Origin: Candidatus Thorarchaeota archaeon
GTDB lineage: Archaea; Asgardarchaeota; Thorarchaeia; Thorarchaeales; Thorarchaeaceae
Length of the DNA: 64,000 bases
NCBI GenBank assembly: GCA_003345545.1
Contig: PRDH01000076.1
Location: forward strand, 37,784 to 101,783
Direction: 5' to 3'
Shown: piece after piece, positions 9,080-19,637 of the stretch
Layout: every line of letters begins with the position of its first letter
Numbering within the stretch: position 1 is the first letter of the stretch
Position numbers and translations under genes: made by a program
Notes under the pieces: model-generated
What the model was told of the DNA's origin: nothing
Database searches by the model: none
What the model saw: only the letters and a program-made list of their open reading frames with translations

Positions 9080-10825
9080 TCAGGCAGGTACATCAAACAA
9101 ATCAATGAGTCTGAACCGCTCCACATCCACGAGGCCTAGGTCAGTGATTTTCAGTTTCGGAATAACAGGAAGAGAGAGGAATGCCATCGCCATGAAGGGT
9201 TCATCCAATGGAGTCCCCAGCTCATGAGCAGCCTCCTTCAGCAATATCAGCTTCTCACTGACATATTCTACAGTCTGGTCTGACATCAGGCCCGCGATGG
9301 GAAGCGGCAACGATTCGATGACTTTCCCTTCCTTCACAACTGCAATGCCGCCCTGCATTCTGACAATCTGAATAGCGGCAGCTATCAGGTCGTTGTCACT
9401 TGTTGCGACAGCAACAATATTGTGGCTATCATGGGCAATTGAAGAAACCATGGCACCTTCCTTGATTCCTGTTCCATGCACAAAGCCCACGGCGCTCGGT
9501 TCTGTTGCATTATGCCTCTCAATAATAGAAACCTTCACTATGTCACGGTCAATATCAGGAACGACGAAGCCATCGACAACCTTTGCCTCTTCAATGAGCC
9601 GTTCCGTAATGATCTGGTTTGGAATCATTCCAATGACATTCATATGGCTACCCCGTGCTTTGACTTGAAAGTCTTCAGGCTCGAGATAGTGAATGTTCAC
9701 AGAACGCCTTAGCCTTGGTTGATCTTGGATGCCGAACTCCTGAACCATCTTGCCCTTCCTAGCCACAAGCACGCCCTGTTTGTACACCCGGTTGACCTTT
9801 ACAGACTCGAGTGAGTCCAAGACAACTAAGTCTGCAACATACCCAGGAGCGACTGCGCCGGTATAGCGAAGACCATAGTGCCTTGCCGTAGATAATGTTC
9901 CGACCTTGATGGCTTGCACTGGGTCAACGCCAAGTTCTATAGCATGTCGAATCATACTGTCGATGTGGCCTTCCGTTATCAGATCAAGCGTGTTGCGATC
10001 ATCAGTGGCGAAACTGCACTGCTCTGCAGTGTAGGGTGTTATAAGTGCAGCAAGAGCCTCAAGATTCCTTGCTGTGGAACCTTCACGAATATGGATATGC
10101 ATGCCTCTTGATAGTTTGTTGCGGGCCTCTTCAAGAGTTGTGCATTCGTGCTCAGAAGTGATTCTTGCAGCCGCATAGGCATTCAAATCAAGACCATCAA
10201 GACCTGGGGCGTGGCCATCGATTCGCTTCTCCATCTTGAGCGCGACAGTTATCTTCTCCAGTATCTCAGGGTCTCTGAAAATCACGCCGGGATAGTTCAT
10301 CATCTCAGCCAAACCCAATACATAGTGCTCTGTCATGAGAGGCTTTATGTCAAGAAAATCGAGAGCTACTCCATTAGTTTCCAACTCCGTGGAAGGAACA
10401 CATGAGGGGAGCATCATGTAGAACTCAAGAGGCCCACCCCGCATGCTCTTGCTCATGTACATGATACCCTCCATACCCAGAACATTGGCAACTTCATGTG
10501 GGTCGGCGACCACCGCTCCAGTGCCATGAGGAACCACAGCACGGGCATACTGAATCGGCATGACCATCGATGACTCAACATGCACATGACCGTCAATAAA
10601 TGAAGGCGCAACGAATTTGCCTTTGAGGTCAATGACTTCCTTTCCGCTATACTCACCTATCCCGGCAATGAATGCTCCATCAATCGCAATGTCGCCCGGA
10701 GTAATATCCCCAGTGAACACATTCACGACACTTGCATTCTTCAGTACAAGACCAGCGCGCGTTCTCCCAGATGCAACATCAATCATCTGGTCCAGAGGGT
10801 ATTCATCCGAGCGTTCCAGAAACAT
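9080..10825 (-). CDS. ade: Adenine deaminase
   Basis: DGHVHVESS, DPHEVANV, LAEMMNYPGV, DGHAP, AHDSHN, FLSLPVIPKLKITD. Confidence 0.95.
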   Translation of the reverse strand: MFLERSDEYPLDQMIDVASGRTRAGLVLKNASVVNVFTGDITPGDIAIDGAFIAGIGEYSGKEVIDLKGKFVAPSFIDGHVHVESSMVMPIQYARAVVPHGTGAVVADPHEVANVLGMEGIMYMSKSMRGGPLEFYMMLPSCVPSTELETNGVALDFLDIKPLMTEHYVLGLAEMMNYPGVIFRDPEILEKITVALKMEKRIDGHAPGLDGLDLNAYAAARITSEHECTTLEEARNKLSRGMHIHIREGSTARNLEALAALITPYTAEQCSFATDDRNTLDLITEGHIDSMIRHAIELGVDPVQAIKVGTLSTARHYGLRYTGAVAPGYVADLVVLDSLESVKVNRVYKQGVLVARKGKMVQEFGIQDQPRLRRSVNIHYLEPEDFQVKARGSHMNVIGMIPNQIITERLIEEAKVVDGFVVPDIDRDIVKVSIIERHNATEPSAVGFVHGTGIKEGAMVSSIAHDSHNIVAVATSDNDLIAAAIQIVRMQGGIAVVKEGKVIESLPLPIAGLMSDQTVEYVSEKLILLKEAAHELGTPLDEPFMAMAFLSLPVIPKLKITDLGLVDVERFRLIDLFDVPA

Positions 10826-10977
10826 CTCTTATCACTCACTCTGGTGGATAGTTCTATCATGAAAAGGGTTTCTCAAGATGTTCTTCGTTCCCGAGCGACG
10901 AATAAAAAAGAGCGTGTTATCTCAATCTACAAGATACAATTGCGTATGCTCTAACTGATTCAAGGAGAAACTTCGTA

Positions 10978-12261
10978 GTGCTTTATGAATGTATCAAAGC
11001 AAAGTCGCTCCTATCCAAGAAGGAGATGCTTGCTGAGGGATGGTTTCATGTCAACAGGTCACTCAATGCGTACAGAGGCTGTGAACATGGTTGCGTCTAC
11101 TGTGATGGAATGTCTGAGTACTACCATGTCGACGACTTCACGACACACATTAGGGTAAAGAAGAATGCGCCCGAGATTCTCAGGAAGGAATTGAAGAAAC
11201 TGGGATATTCATCTCAAAGAGAACTGGAAACCGAAACCCTATGGTCATTCCTCCCAGATGGGGATGCGAAGCAATTAGCCATGAGATTACCGCGCAGAAT
11301 TGTCATCGGAGTCTGCGGAGGCGTGTCTGATGGATATCAACCTGCAGAGAAGGAGTACAAGATAACACAGCAGATTCTTGAAACTCTGCTCGATTTCAGG
11401 CTTCCTGCGACGATTCTCACCAAGTCCAAACTTGTTCTCAGGGACCTCGATTTGTTGAAGGAACTCAATCGAGCTGCCTTCGTAAATGCAATGTTCACCA
11501 TCACCTTACATGATGATGGCGCACGGAAGATTATCGAGCCACGAGCTTCTTCTACACCAGACAGATTCGCTGCTCTGAAGGAACTGAGGAGAGCTGGAAT
11601 TCCTGGGGGAGTCATGGCAACACCTATCGTGCCTTGGATAGGCTCCACCTACGAGAATATGGAGGGACTGGCGAGAGATGCCAAGGCAGCAGGAGCAGAG
11701 TTCATCCTCTTCGGAGGTATGACGCTCAAACCGGGCCGACAGAAGGAGCACTTTCTATCCGTTATCGGAAAGCGCTTCCCGGAGTATCTTGACAAGATCA
11801 GAGCCATCTACGCTGATGACAATAGATATGGGATTCCAATATGGAGAAGACTTCCTATCAACACAATGCTGGTCGGACATCAGATATGCAAGAAAGTAGG
11901 CATTCGGGACAGGTCTGTACGCCATTTGCTTCCGTCTGAATCTGAGGCCAACTACAGAGTCCTCGGCATCTTGCTAGACATTGTATTCTATCAGCGGTAT
12001 ATGTTGGGTAAACCATGGAACGTGAGTAGACCGTTCTATGAACTGTCTGTCAAGCTCGAGCGTGGTGTTGAGAATCTCGTGTTGCTGAGAGATGCAGGGC
12101 ACCTGAAGGAGCGACTGCTAATCAGTGATGAGATGGAAGGAATTGTGCAACAAGTACTGGAAACTGGGTCATGTGACTATCTCAACCAATTGCTTGGGGA
12201 TACTCCCGAGGAAAGCAGTGTTGAACGAGCTTTCATCATCACAGATGGCGAGAATTTATAG
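10978..12261 (+). CDS. Radical SAM protein, SPL/Rv2578c-like family
   Basis: YRGCEHGCVYC, SDGYQPAE, ILTKS, IEPRASS. Confidence 0.85.
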   Translation: MLYECIKAKSLLSKKEMLAEGWFHVNRSLNAYRGCEHGCVYCDGMSEYYHVDDFTTHIRVKKNAPEILRKELKKLGYSSQRELETETLWSFLPDGDAKQLAMRLPRRIVIGVCGGVSDGYQPAEKEYKITQQILETLLDFRLPATILTKSKLVLRDLDLLKELNRAAFVNAMFTITLHDDGARKIIEPRASSTPDRFAALKELRRAGIPGGVMATPIVPWIGSTYENMEGLARDAKAAGAEFILFGGMTLKPGRQKEHFLSVIGKRFPEYLDKIRAIYADDNRYGIPIWRRLPINTMLVGHQICKKVGIRDRSVRHLLPSESEANYRVLGILLDIVFYQRYMLGKPWNVSRPFYELSVKLERGVENLVLLRDAGHLKERLLISDEMEGIVQQVLETGSCDYLNQLLGDTPEESSVERAFIITDGENL

Positions 12262-12270
12262 CAGTTATCC

Positions 12271-12307
12271 AAAAAGAAAGAAGCTGACCCGGAAAAGACC
12301 GGGTCAG
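12271..12307 (-). terminator. Hairpin plus U-rich tract downstream of 12317-14641
   Basis: 9-bp inverted repeat CTGACCCGG-N6-CCGGGTCAG (12284-12307), followed on the minus strand by CTTCTTTCTTTTT. Confidence 0.7.
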
Positions 12308-12316
12308 GAAGTTCTA

Positions 12317-14641
12317 CTATTTCTTGAATTTCTTCAAGTAGACAACAGCTAGCACAACTATGACAGTCACACCAATACCGACAGGCAAGGCGATAGCACC
12401 AAGCATTGCTAGGAGGTCACTGCCGACTGGTGGATGAGGCAGCAACTCAAGTGCGTGAGTTGGCAGAGGGGTCACTTGAATCCAGAGGAAGCCCTCCTCG
12501 ACAAGCACTCTATTCACTCGCAGATCGAGATACGCTACGTCCGAGATTGCGCCGAACTGGATAGATATGGCAGGCAGTACACCCACCAAGGCATCATTCA
12601 GATCACCATACGGAATTGAGTGCGTGCGATGATCATATGGAGCCATCTCACTTATCGACGGAATCCCTGATATATCACCGGTCTTGATTGATACATTGTA
12701 CCAGGTTCCTGGAACAGTGTCCAACACAACTGAGTAGTATTCCACACCGAGTCCTAGTAACGGTAGAGTGAAGTTATGTGATCCTGGTCCTCCGGTCACG
12801 TCAATTGACGCGTTGTCACTGATGTCATAGTACGTAATATCGGTCCATTCCACTGTGAAGTCCAATGCGTAGTCGGGGTATGCCTCTCCCACGCCAAGCG
12901 TATTATTGTATGGAGAAACAGCTATAACCAAAGTGGCAAACTCGTCGCTCCAGTTTCTGTTCGCAAGTGCGAAATTCACGTTGGTAGAATCTGTTGGGTG
13001 CGGAATAGCTGTTGAGCCATCGTACCATGTTCCCATGGTAAATCCTGAGGCCGACACATATCTGAAGTACTGATCATAGAAAGCAACATCCACCACCGAG
13101 GATACATTGTAAACATTGTTCAGTGTTATACTGAAGTTGTAGTAATGGCCAGGAATTGTAGGGACCATGAAACCACCAATGTATACAATATCTGCGCTAG
13201 AGTCCGAAACAATTGGACCAACGTTGAACTCTATGAATCCCGAAGTGCTCGCGGCTGTTGTAATGTCAATGAGGTATTTTCCGGCAGGTATGTAGGTCCA
13301 ATCTGAAGCCGGAATACTGTTTCCGTCTACAAGCTCTTCTTCTACAAAGTATCCATCTTCGTTTGCTCCGCGTATGTAGGTAACAAATGCACCAGCAACC
13401 TCTGTTGAGTTCACCTTTATAAGGGAGGGACTATCGAGATCCAAGCTGTATGTGGTTGTCACAGTATGGGAGAAGTAGTTCTCAAGCAAGAACTCGTGAC
13501 CCAATGGAAGAGTCTCAGCAACATCACTCTCATGATAGAGTGTGAATTCGATATTATCGCCGCCCATCACTGTTACATAGTAGATGCCACTTCTGAAATT
13601 CTGTACGCCACTTGCCGGGCTCGTGATACTATAGGAGAACCGATCGCCGCCCATGTAGCCATATACGAAGGCGTCGCTTGAGAATATGATGGCAGCTCCC
13701 TGAGTAGTGGCAATTGCAATCTCAGGATAGTTGAAAGAGTAGTGAAGCGACGAAACAGTTGTGCCCGCATCGATCTTGTACGTGTGGGTTGTTGGGGCCA
13801 TCTCCTCATGAACTAGACTTCCGGTTTCATCCAGAATAACCATCTCACCGGTCGGCAAGTCGTCTGTGATGACTTGGCCAGGCGAAATGAGTTGCGGTGC
13901 AATTGCCTCGAGATAGAAGTCGAACTGTGAGAAAACCGCAGAAGTGGGTGTTGCTTCGAAGATTATGTAGTATGTTCCAGCTATCGACGGCCGGAACGGA
14001 AGTACAGCAATGTCACCCTCGGAGCCCGTATATGTGGTCATCTGGCGACCCTGAGGGTCATATATTCCGAGACGCCAAGCTATATTGTCCTGTAAGGAGG
14101 CAACAGTCAGATGGACAAACTCTTGTCCGCTAACGGAGAATGTTCCGAAGTATATGTAGTCGCGGTTAACAACAACAGGCGTGTGCTGGCCAAAAGCAAG
14201 AGAAAAGACTTTTCTCTCAAGAGTTGTGTTAATCACTGCTCCAGATCCGTCGCTACCACTGAAATCGTAGAATAGTGGCAACAAACCAGGATTACCATAC
14301 GGTCCATTACTGAATGCGCCGAATTCTTGCCAGTCAAATGGCATATTGGGTGTTGCGGAATAAGAATAGTCGGGTGATCCCCAACCTGAAGAATCATACG
14401 CATATACAGTGAGATCGACATCCTCATTCAAGTGCAGTCTGCTAAATGATGTCTGGAAAAATGCATCATCTGCAGATGCATAGATGTACGTGTGATTGTT
14501 CGCTCCAGGAGCGTAGGCTGTGTTTTGTGATTGTTCAATAATGACAGATTGTAGTGCGGAAACTGGGGTCGTAACAGACCCAAGTAGGAACACACTAGCA
14601 ATCATGATACCTAGAATCATTTTAGTATTGACGTGCTTCAT
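12317..14641 (-). CDS. Large secreted, C-terminally anchored surface glycoprotein (beta-rich)
   Basis: Signal peptide, many N-x-S/T sequons, C-terminal TM ending KKFKK. GAGGTGAG RBS supports a start at about 14641. Confidence 0.7.
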   Translation of the reverse strand: MKHVNTKMILGIMIASVFLLGSVTTPVSALQSVIIEQSQNTAYAPGANNHTYIYASADDAFFQTSFSRLHLNEDVDLTVYAYDSSGWGSPDYSYSATPNMPFDWQEFGAFSNGPYGNPGLLPLFYDFSGSDGSGAVINTTLERKVFSLAFGQHTPVVVNRDYIYFGTFSVSGQEFVHLTVASLQDNIAWRLGIYDPQGRQMTTYTGSEGDIAVLPFRPSIAGTYYIIFEATPTSAVFSQFDFYLEAIAPQLISPGQVITDDLPTGEMVILDETGSLVHEEMAPTTHTYKIDAGTTVSSLHYSFNYPEIAIATTQGAAIIFSSDAFVYGYMGGDRFSYSITSPASGVQNFRSGIYYVTVMGGDNIEFTLYHESDVAETLPLGHEFLLENYFSHTVTTTYSLDLDSPSLIKVNSTEVAGAFVTYIRGANEDGYFVEEELVDGNSIPASDWTYIPAGKYLIDITTAASTSGFIEFNVGPIVSDSSADIVYIGGFMVPTIPGHYYNFSITLNNVYNVSSVVDVAFYDQYFRYVSASGFTMGTWYDGSTAIPHPTDSTNVNFALANRNWSDEFATLVIAVSPYNNTLGVGEAYPDYALDFTVEWTDITYYDISDNASIDVTGGPGSHNFTLPLLGLGVEYYSVVLDTVPGTWYNVSIKTGDISGIPSISEMAPYDHRTHSIPYGDLNDALVGVLPAISIQFGAISDVAYLDLRVNRVLVEEGFLWIQVTPLPTHALELLPHPPVGSDLLAMLGAIALPVGIGVTVIVVLAVVYLKKFKK

Positions 14642-14945
14642 GCACATCCTCACCTCGCATTCAGGGTGCGCGCAAAGCAATATGAATTCATTTCATTCGT
14701 ATTCAGTCGATATTTGCACGGGTAGTCACGATAGAATGAGAATGAGCGTGGAAAATACTCAGGGAGCGGTCTTCCCAGCATCAGGATTGGTTCTCGCTCA
14801 CAGATGTGATGAGTCAGCCCTCGTCTATTGGTCTAGCCCTCCAGAAACACGGAATAGCTTTTAAACAGGTCACTTGTATTGGCCATTCTAGCTCACAGTT
14901 TGAAAGCGTTTGCCAATTATATCGCTGTCAAGAGATGATAAATGA

Positions 14946-15608
14946 GTGAAAATCAATCTCAGAACAGATTCCAAGAGCATTGCGCTTCTAGCAGTCTTCA
15001 GTGCCATGGTTGCTATGCTGGAAGTATTCCCTATAGTTGGCATCACTGATCTGAAGTTCTTTCCAGGGGGGACCCCATTCACGCTGGATTGGACTGGCAT
15101 TCCCATTGCGATAGTGTTTCTGGGGCTGGGATTGGTTTCAAGTTTCGTGTCAATATCTGTCATGTTCGTTGCAATAGGCTATCGTAACTTCACTGGAGCG
15201 GTCTTCAAAGGAGCTGCAGAGCTACTCACGATCATCGGGGTTCTCTTGGCTAGAGTCATTGCGAAAAGGATGTCCCTCGGCAGCAGGGCGAGTATCTTAT
15301 TGTACATGTGCTTTGGAGCAGTCTTCAGAGCAATAGGCATGTATATCTTTAACATTCAATTTCTACCCGTTTTCTATCCTGCGTTCTACACGCCAGAAGC
15401 AGCGATTACTGCATCAACAGTCCTTGTTCCCTGGAACATTATTCAGGCCATTATCAACATTGTCGGAGGCATCACTCTCTACCAACTGATACCGAAGGAA
15501 CTCAAGGTTGAAGCAGGCCTCGGAGAGTTCAGACCCAAAAGCTCCATGAAATACGAAGAGATATCAACAGAAGAAATCGATGCATCGGATGATGAAAAAC
15601 AGGATTGA
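14946..15608 (+). CDS. ECF transporter S-component-like membrane protein
   Basis: IALLAVFSA N-terminus, F-x-L-D-x-x-x-I-P motif, about 6 TMs, PWNIIQ. Confidence 0.65.
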   Translation: MKINLRTDSKSIALLAVFSAMVAMLEVFPIVGITDLKFFPGGTPFTLDWTGIPIAIVFLGLGLVSSFVSISVMFVAIGYRNFTGAVFKGAAELLTIIGVLLARVIAKRMSLGSRASILLYMCFGAVFRAIGMYIFNIQFLPVFYPAFYTPEAAITASTVLVPWNIIQAIINIVGGITLYQLIPKELKVEAGLGEFRPKSSMKYEEISTEEIDASDDEKQD

Positions 15609-16344
15609 ACTGATACCGCTCCGAGGAATACAGCTTGTTAAGAGAGGAGATGATGTAGCTAGCCTACTTGTGGATGCGATTGAGAGAAGCAGCACTCAAC
15701 TAGAAGCAGGGGACATAGTAGTCGTAACGCATTCGATGATATCAATTGCTGAGGGGAGTCTATATGATTCGAGTGAAATTGAGATATCGCCACGTGCAGC
15801 TCTAATTGCGGGGGAAACTGGACACTCGCCAAGTAGTGTGGAAGTAGCTCTCAGGGAAGCAGATGAGGTCATTCGTGATCATCCAGTCCTTATTACAAGA
15901 ACCAAGCAAGGTATCATCACTGATTTCTCGGGGGTAGATGAGAGCAACGCTCCTCCTGGCTCGATTATTGCATTGCCCAGAAATCCTGATGTCTCAGCGA
16001 GACGTATTCATGAAAAGATATCGAGGAGGTATGGCCTCGGCATCCCGATAATCGTCACTGACACGCAGGGAAGGCCTTGGCGCAAGGGCGCGGTGAATCT
16101 AGCCATTGGATTGGCCGGCATGTATCCGTTCGTCGAGAATGCAGGAAAGACAGATCTACATGGCCGTGTACTGAGGTCTTCACTCGTTTGCTTGGCTGAT
16201 CAATTGGCGGCTGCATCAGAGCTCGTCATGGGGCAATCGAGTGAGGGTATTCCTGCAGTTATCATACGTGGGGTAACATTTGACGAAGGCGAAGGATCTG
16301 CCCACCAAATCCTTCGGAAGCAATCTGAGAATCTATTCCGATAA
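15580..16344 (+). CDS. cofE: Coenzyme F420-0:L-glutamate ligase
   Basis: GDIVVVT, GVDESN, LPRNPD, TDTQGRPWRKG, DQLAAASELVMG. Confidence 0.9.
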   Translation: MHRMMKNRIELIPLRGIQLVKRGDDVASLLVDAIERSSTQLEAGDIVVVTHSMISIAEGSLYDSSEIEISPRAALIAGETGHSPSSVEVALREADEVIRDHPVLITRTKQGIITDFSGVDESNAPPGSIIALPRNPDVSARRIHEKISRRYGLGIPIIVTDTQGRPWRKGAVNLAIGLAGMYPFVENAGKTDLHGRVLRSSLVCLADQLAAASELVMGQSSEGIPAVIIRGVTFDEGEGSAHQILRKQSENLFR

Positions 16345-16434
16345 TCCGTGATTTCACTTGGTGACAATTCTGCAGGGCGATATGAGAAACGTCAGAATAT
16401 GGATACAGGCGAGTTCTGAAACACGGCATGTTCT

Positions 16435-17106
16435 CTAACGATGAGGTAGTGGACTCTGCAATTTGCAGTGCTCAGGTTCTACCTCTAACGTGTCCTGAAT
16501 CTCAGGCTGACGTCCAGACCAAGGAGAAGAGAGAAAGATGACGGAGTGTGGTTTGGTCTTCTTGTCCAACGCCACATATCCTCGAGGAATCAGCTCGCCC
16601 ACGAGCTTCCTCAGTCTTGCTTTGCTGATTCCAGTTTCATCTACAAGTTGATCATATGACGAACGACGGTTCTTGCGAATGACTTCCAGAAGACTGTATT
16701 CAGGAACAGAGACTAGCGCTTGACGAAGGGCCTCATTTTCACGTCGGATGAAATTCGCATCTCCGGAGAGAGCGCGAGTCAAGGAAGCACGAATATCATT
16801 GATCTCCTCCTGAAGTGATGCTCTCTCTGCCTCATAACGTGAGATAATCCCGTTTGAGGCATGAATGAGTTCTGAGCTCAGATCATTACCAAGTCCATCA
16901 ATGGCCTCTCGGGAGGCCATACGGGATTCGCGAATTATACCAGCTATATCCTGTGAGTCAAACCACTGACCTTCTAGTAGCGACTCAATCTGATTATAGT
17001 AGGAGTCAATCCTCCGTATCCAGCTGTCTCGAATCTCCTGAAACGCACCTGCTATTCGGAGTGTTGTTCTAGCAGCAATCTCATCAGGACTTGTCATTGA
17101 ACTCAC
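16435..17106 (-). CDS. Coiled-coil protein with C-terminal winged-helix domain
   Basis: Heptad region followed by SYDQLVDETGISKARLRKLVGELIPRGYV. Confidence 0.55.
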   Translation of the reverse strand: MSSMTSPDEIAARTTLRIAGAFQEIRDSWIRRIDSYYNQIESLLEGQWFDSQDIAGIIRESRMASREAIDGLGNDLSSELIHASNGIISRYEAERASLQEEINDIRASLTRALSGDANFIRRENEALRQALVSVPEYSLLEVIRKNRRSSYDQLVDETGISKARLRKLVGELIPRGYVALDKKTKPHSVIFLSSPWSGRQPEIQDTLEVEPEHCKLQSPLPHR

Positions 17107-17159
17107 AGATTCTGTTTAACAAAGTAACAAGATTAGAGCTAGTGTCACTGAGATATGAC

Positions 17160-18011
17160 CTATTGAGCACCTATCCAGAAGAGCCTTGAATGGACAGATG
17201 CGACAGCGGGATTCCACTCCTTAGCCTGTAGGGCAGCCTCGGCCACCAAAGGTACCTCTTCGTCAATCATGAACGACTCGAGGTCGCTGCAGTAATAGAG
17301 CGGACTGATATCTACTGTCTTTAGCTGGTTCTCACTCAGGTCCAACCAGAGAAGGTTTTCGCACTCTCTGAGAGGCAACAAATCGATACTATGAATGCCG
17401 GCCTTTCTAAGCCAGAGACCTTCAAGATCCTTACATTTGTTGAGTGGATACAGATTCAGACTGCTAATCTGATTCTTCTCAAGGAAAAGCTCCTGAAGAT
17501 GTGTGCAATGGCTCAACGGGTCAAGATCGAGGGCCAGCATCTCATTACTGTCGAGTCTGAGGAATCGAAGTAGTAGATTGGAGCTGAGGGGAGAGAGATC
17601 AATCTGATGAAGAAGGTTCGATTGCAGATTTAGTTCCTCAAGCTGCAGGCATTTTGCCAACGGACCGAGATCAATGCGGTCTATCTTGTTTATTGCAAGC
17701 GAGAGCGATACTAGGTTCGTACACTGTGATAGAGGATAGAGCATGATCGACGTAAGAAGATTGGAGCCTAGGCGAAGTCGCTCGAGGCTATAGCATTCCC
17801 CAAGGGGCTCCAAATCGAGAGAGGTGAGCCAGTTGCCCGTGAGGTCCAGCTCTCGAAGATTCCTACAGTCGGATAGCGGAGTCAGGTCTACTTCCACGAT
17901 CTTTCGACCGCTCATGTCTAGCACTCCAACAGACTCATCTACTTCCATGTAGAGTTTTATTCCATTCTCAATCCTGTAATCGATTTGGATGTCTGTCACC
18001 CGGGTCATCAC
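17160..18011 (-). CDS. Leucine-rich repeat protein
   Basis: About 10 repeats of 22 aa, LxxLxLxxNxLxxIDLxPLxxC. Confidence 0.9.
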   Translation of the reverse strand: MMTRVTDIQIDYRIENGIKLYMEVDESVGVLDMSGRKIVEVDLTPLSDCRNLRELDLTGNWLTSLDLEPLGECYSLERLRLGSNLLTSIMLYPLSQCTNLVSLSLAINKIDRIDLGPLAKCLQLEELNLQSNLLHQIDLSPLSSNLLLRFLRLDSNEMLALDLDPLSHCTHLQELFLEKNQISSLNLYPLNKCKDLEGLWLRKAGIHSIDLLPLRECENLLWLDLSENQLKTVDISPLYYCSDLESFMIDEEVPLVAEAALQAKEWNPAVASVHSRLFWIGAQ

Positions 18012-18139
18012 CCAACTTCAGGAGGCTGCTCGTTGCGGCAGCATAGTTCTCGCGGACTTGCCAACAATTCTGCGGAGTTAGCTAGTCATACGTAAGTCGT
18101 TGATTAATCGTTTGTCCGATGCTGGTAATATAGAACTAT

Positions 18140-18868
18140 CTATGTTGTCTTGTACCTCTCACTTGATTCATGGAGCCAATCTATGTTATCTAGTATCTCA
18201 TTAATCGGCTCAGGAAAATAGGAGAGATGCCTCAGTTTGTGGTTGGCACTTATAGACACATCACTGTCGATAATCAGTGATTCAAGCTGCTCGCATTGGA
18301 ATAGTACCGATATGTCAACGAATTTGAGTGCGTTCTCGTTCAAATGCAGATACCGCAAGTCGAGGGAGTCTTGCAGTGGAGACAGGTCAATGCTCGAAAG
18401 CTTGTTGCCTGACAGAACGAGATACTGTAGCCTGGGGTTACCATTGAGAGGGGCGAGATCGATCTCCTGAAGTCGGTTGTCCGCTAGGTAGAGCCACTTC
18501 AGGTTCCTGCAGTCACCCAGAGGTGAGAGATCCAGCTTCTCCAGAAGATTATCCGAGAGCTCGAGCGCCTCAAGTTCCCTACAACTGCTCAGGGGGCGCA
18601 AATCAATAGTATTGAGCCGATTCGAGGATATGCTGAGCATCTTCAGCCGGTGGCAGGTAGAGAGCGGCGCTAAGTCAATATTCGTGATGTGGTTCGTGTT
18701 CAGGGTCAGTTTCTCAAGACGGGGGGATTGACCAACAGGCTCGAGACTCAACGACTTTATTCCAAGGTCGGATAGGTCGATTTCTGTGTGAATGTCATCT
18801 TTCTCGACCTGATATCTCTCACCATCCGAGTCTATGTACCTAATGGTGAATCTGGCCGCCATCCGCAT
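18140..18868 (-). CDS. Leucine-rich repeat protein (tandem paralog)
   Basis: About 8 repeats of the same 22-aa type, with similar N- and C-caps. Confidence 0.9.
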   Translation of the reverse strand: MRMAARFTIRYIDSDGERYQVEKDDIHTEIDLSDLGIKSLSLEPVGQSPRLEKLTLNTNHITNIDLAPLSTCHRLKMLSISSNRLNTIDLRPLSSCRELEALELSDNLLEKLDLSPLGDCRNLKWLYLADNRLQEIDLAPLNGNPRLQYLVLSGNKLSSIDLSPLQDSLDLRYLHLNENALKFVDISVLFQCEQLESLIIDSDVSISANHKLRHLSYFPEPINEILDNIDWLHESSERYKTT

Positions 18869-18984
18869 CTCCGACCTCTTTCTTGTTTAGGCTTTGGTGA
18901 TTATGAGCACATATCTTTATAGATTTGTCCCGAAGAGCGCATTGACAGATTCTGATGGGTCCAGTGCAGGGAAAAAGTCGTCTT

Positions 18985-19527
18985 CTAGGTTCTCTCAAGG
19001 TGTCCCCATGGCAAAGGAGTTGGGATAGTCTGCATGAACCGCGAGATTATCTCTTTTACGCCATCGGGATTGTGCACTTCATCGAAAACCAGTGCTGGGC
19101 AATCTTTGTCAGCAGCAGTGCAAATTTCCACTTCTCCCATCCCAACCCTGGTCTCTTCGGGACCACCAGTCGCCCGACATTCGACGATCTCGTCAAAAAA
19201 GACACGCTTGGTCCGACGTCTGATAATTCCTCTTCGAACCCGTACATTCCATGTAGTGATGATGTAGAGAGTGAAGAGGTGTCTGCCCTCGGCTCCAATG
19301 AAGAGGAGAACACCAAGAATCATAGAAGCTGAACTGAGCGACCAAGAGAGAACATCACTTGAGATTGTTCCGTAAGATGTCAGAACCATAAAGGTGAGAC
19401 CAACAATGAAAAGAACCACGCTGAAAACGTAGTAGAAAATGGATGATGCGCGCTGCGGGTGAAGTATCAGTACAAGCCGTTCTCGCTTGTCAGGTGGGAA
19501 TCTTACCTCTGGCTCCACTTTGCTCAT
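18985..19527 (-). CDS. Membrane protein with bacterial-type PH (bPH_2) domain
   Basis: 2 TMs then YIITTWNVRVRRGII...GMGEVEI...FDEVHNP; start set at MSKVEP. Confidence 0.7.
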   Translation of the reverse strand: MSKVEPEVRFPPDKRERLVLILHPQRASSIFYYVFSVVLFIVGLTFMVLTSYGTISSDVLSWSLSSASMILGVLLFIGAEGRHLFTLYIITTWNVRVRRGIIRRRTKRVFFDEIVECRATGGPEETRVGMGEVEICTAADKDCPALVFDEVHNPDGVKEIISRFMQTIPTPLPWGHLERT

Positions 19528-19637
19528 GTCCAACACCACATCTATGCAGTGAAGGGAACTTATCAAAGTGACGAATATATTGATCCTGTTCGAGGAACTC
19601 AACCATTAGGTGGGAGCTACGGATTCATACAGCCGTC

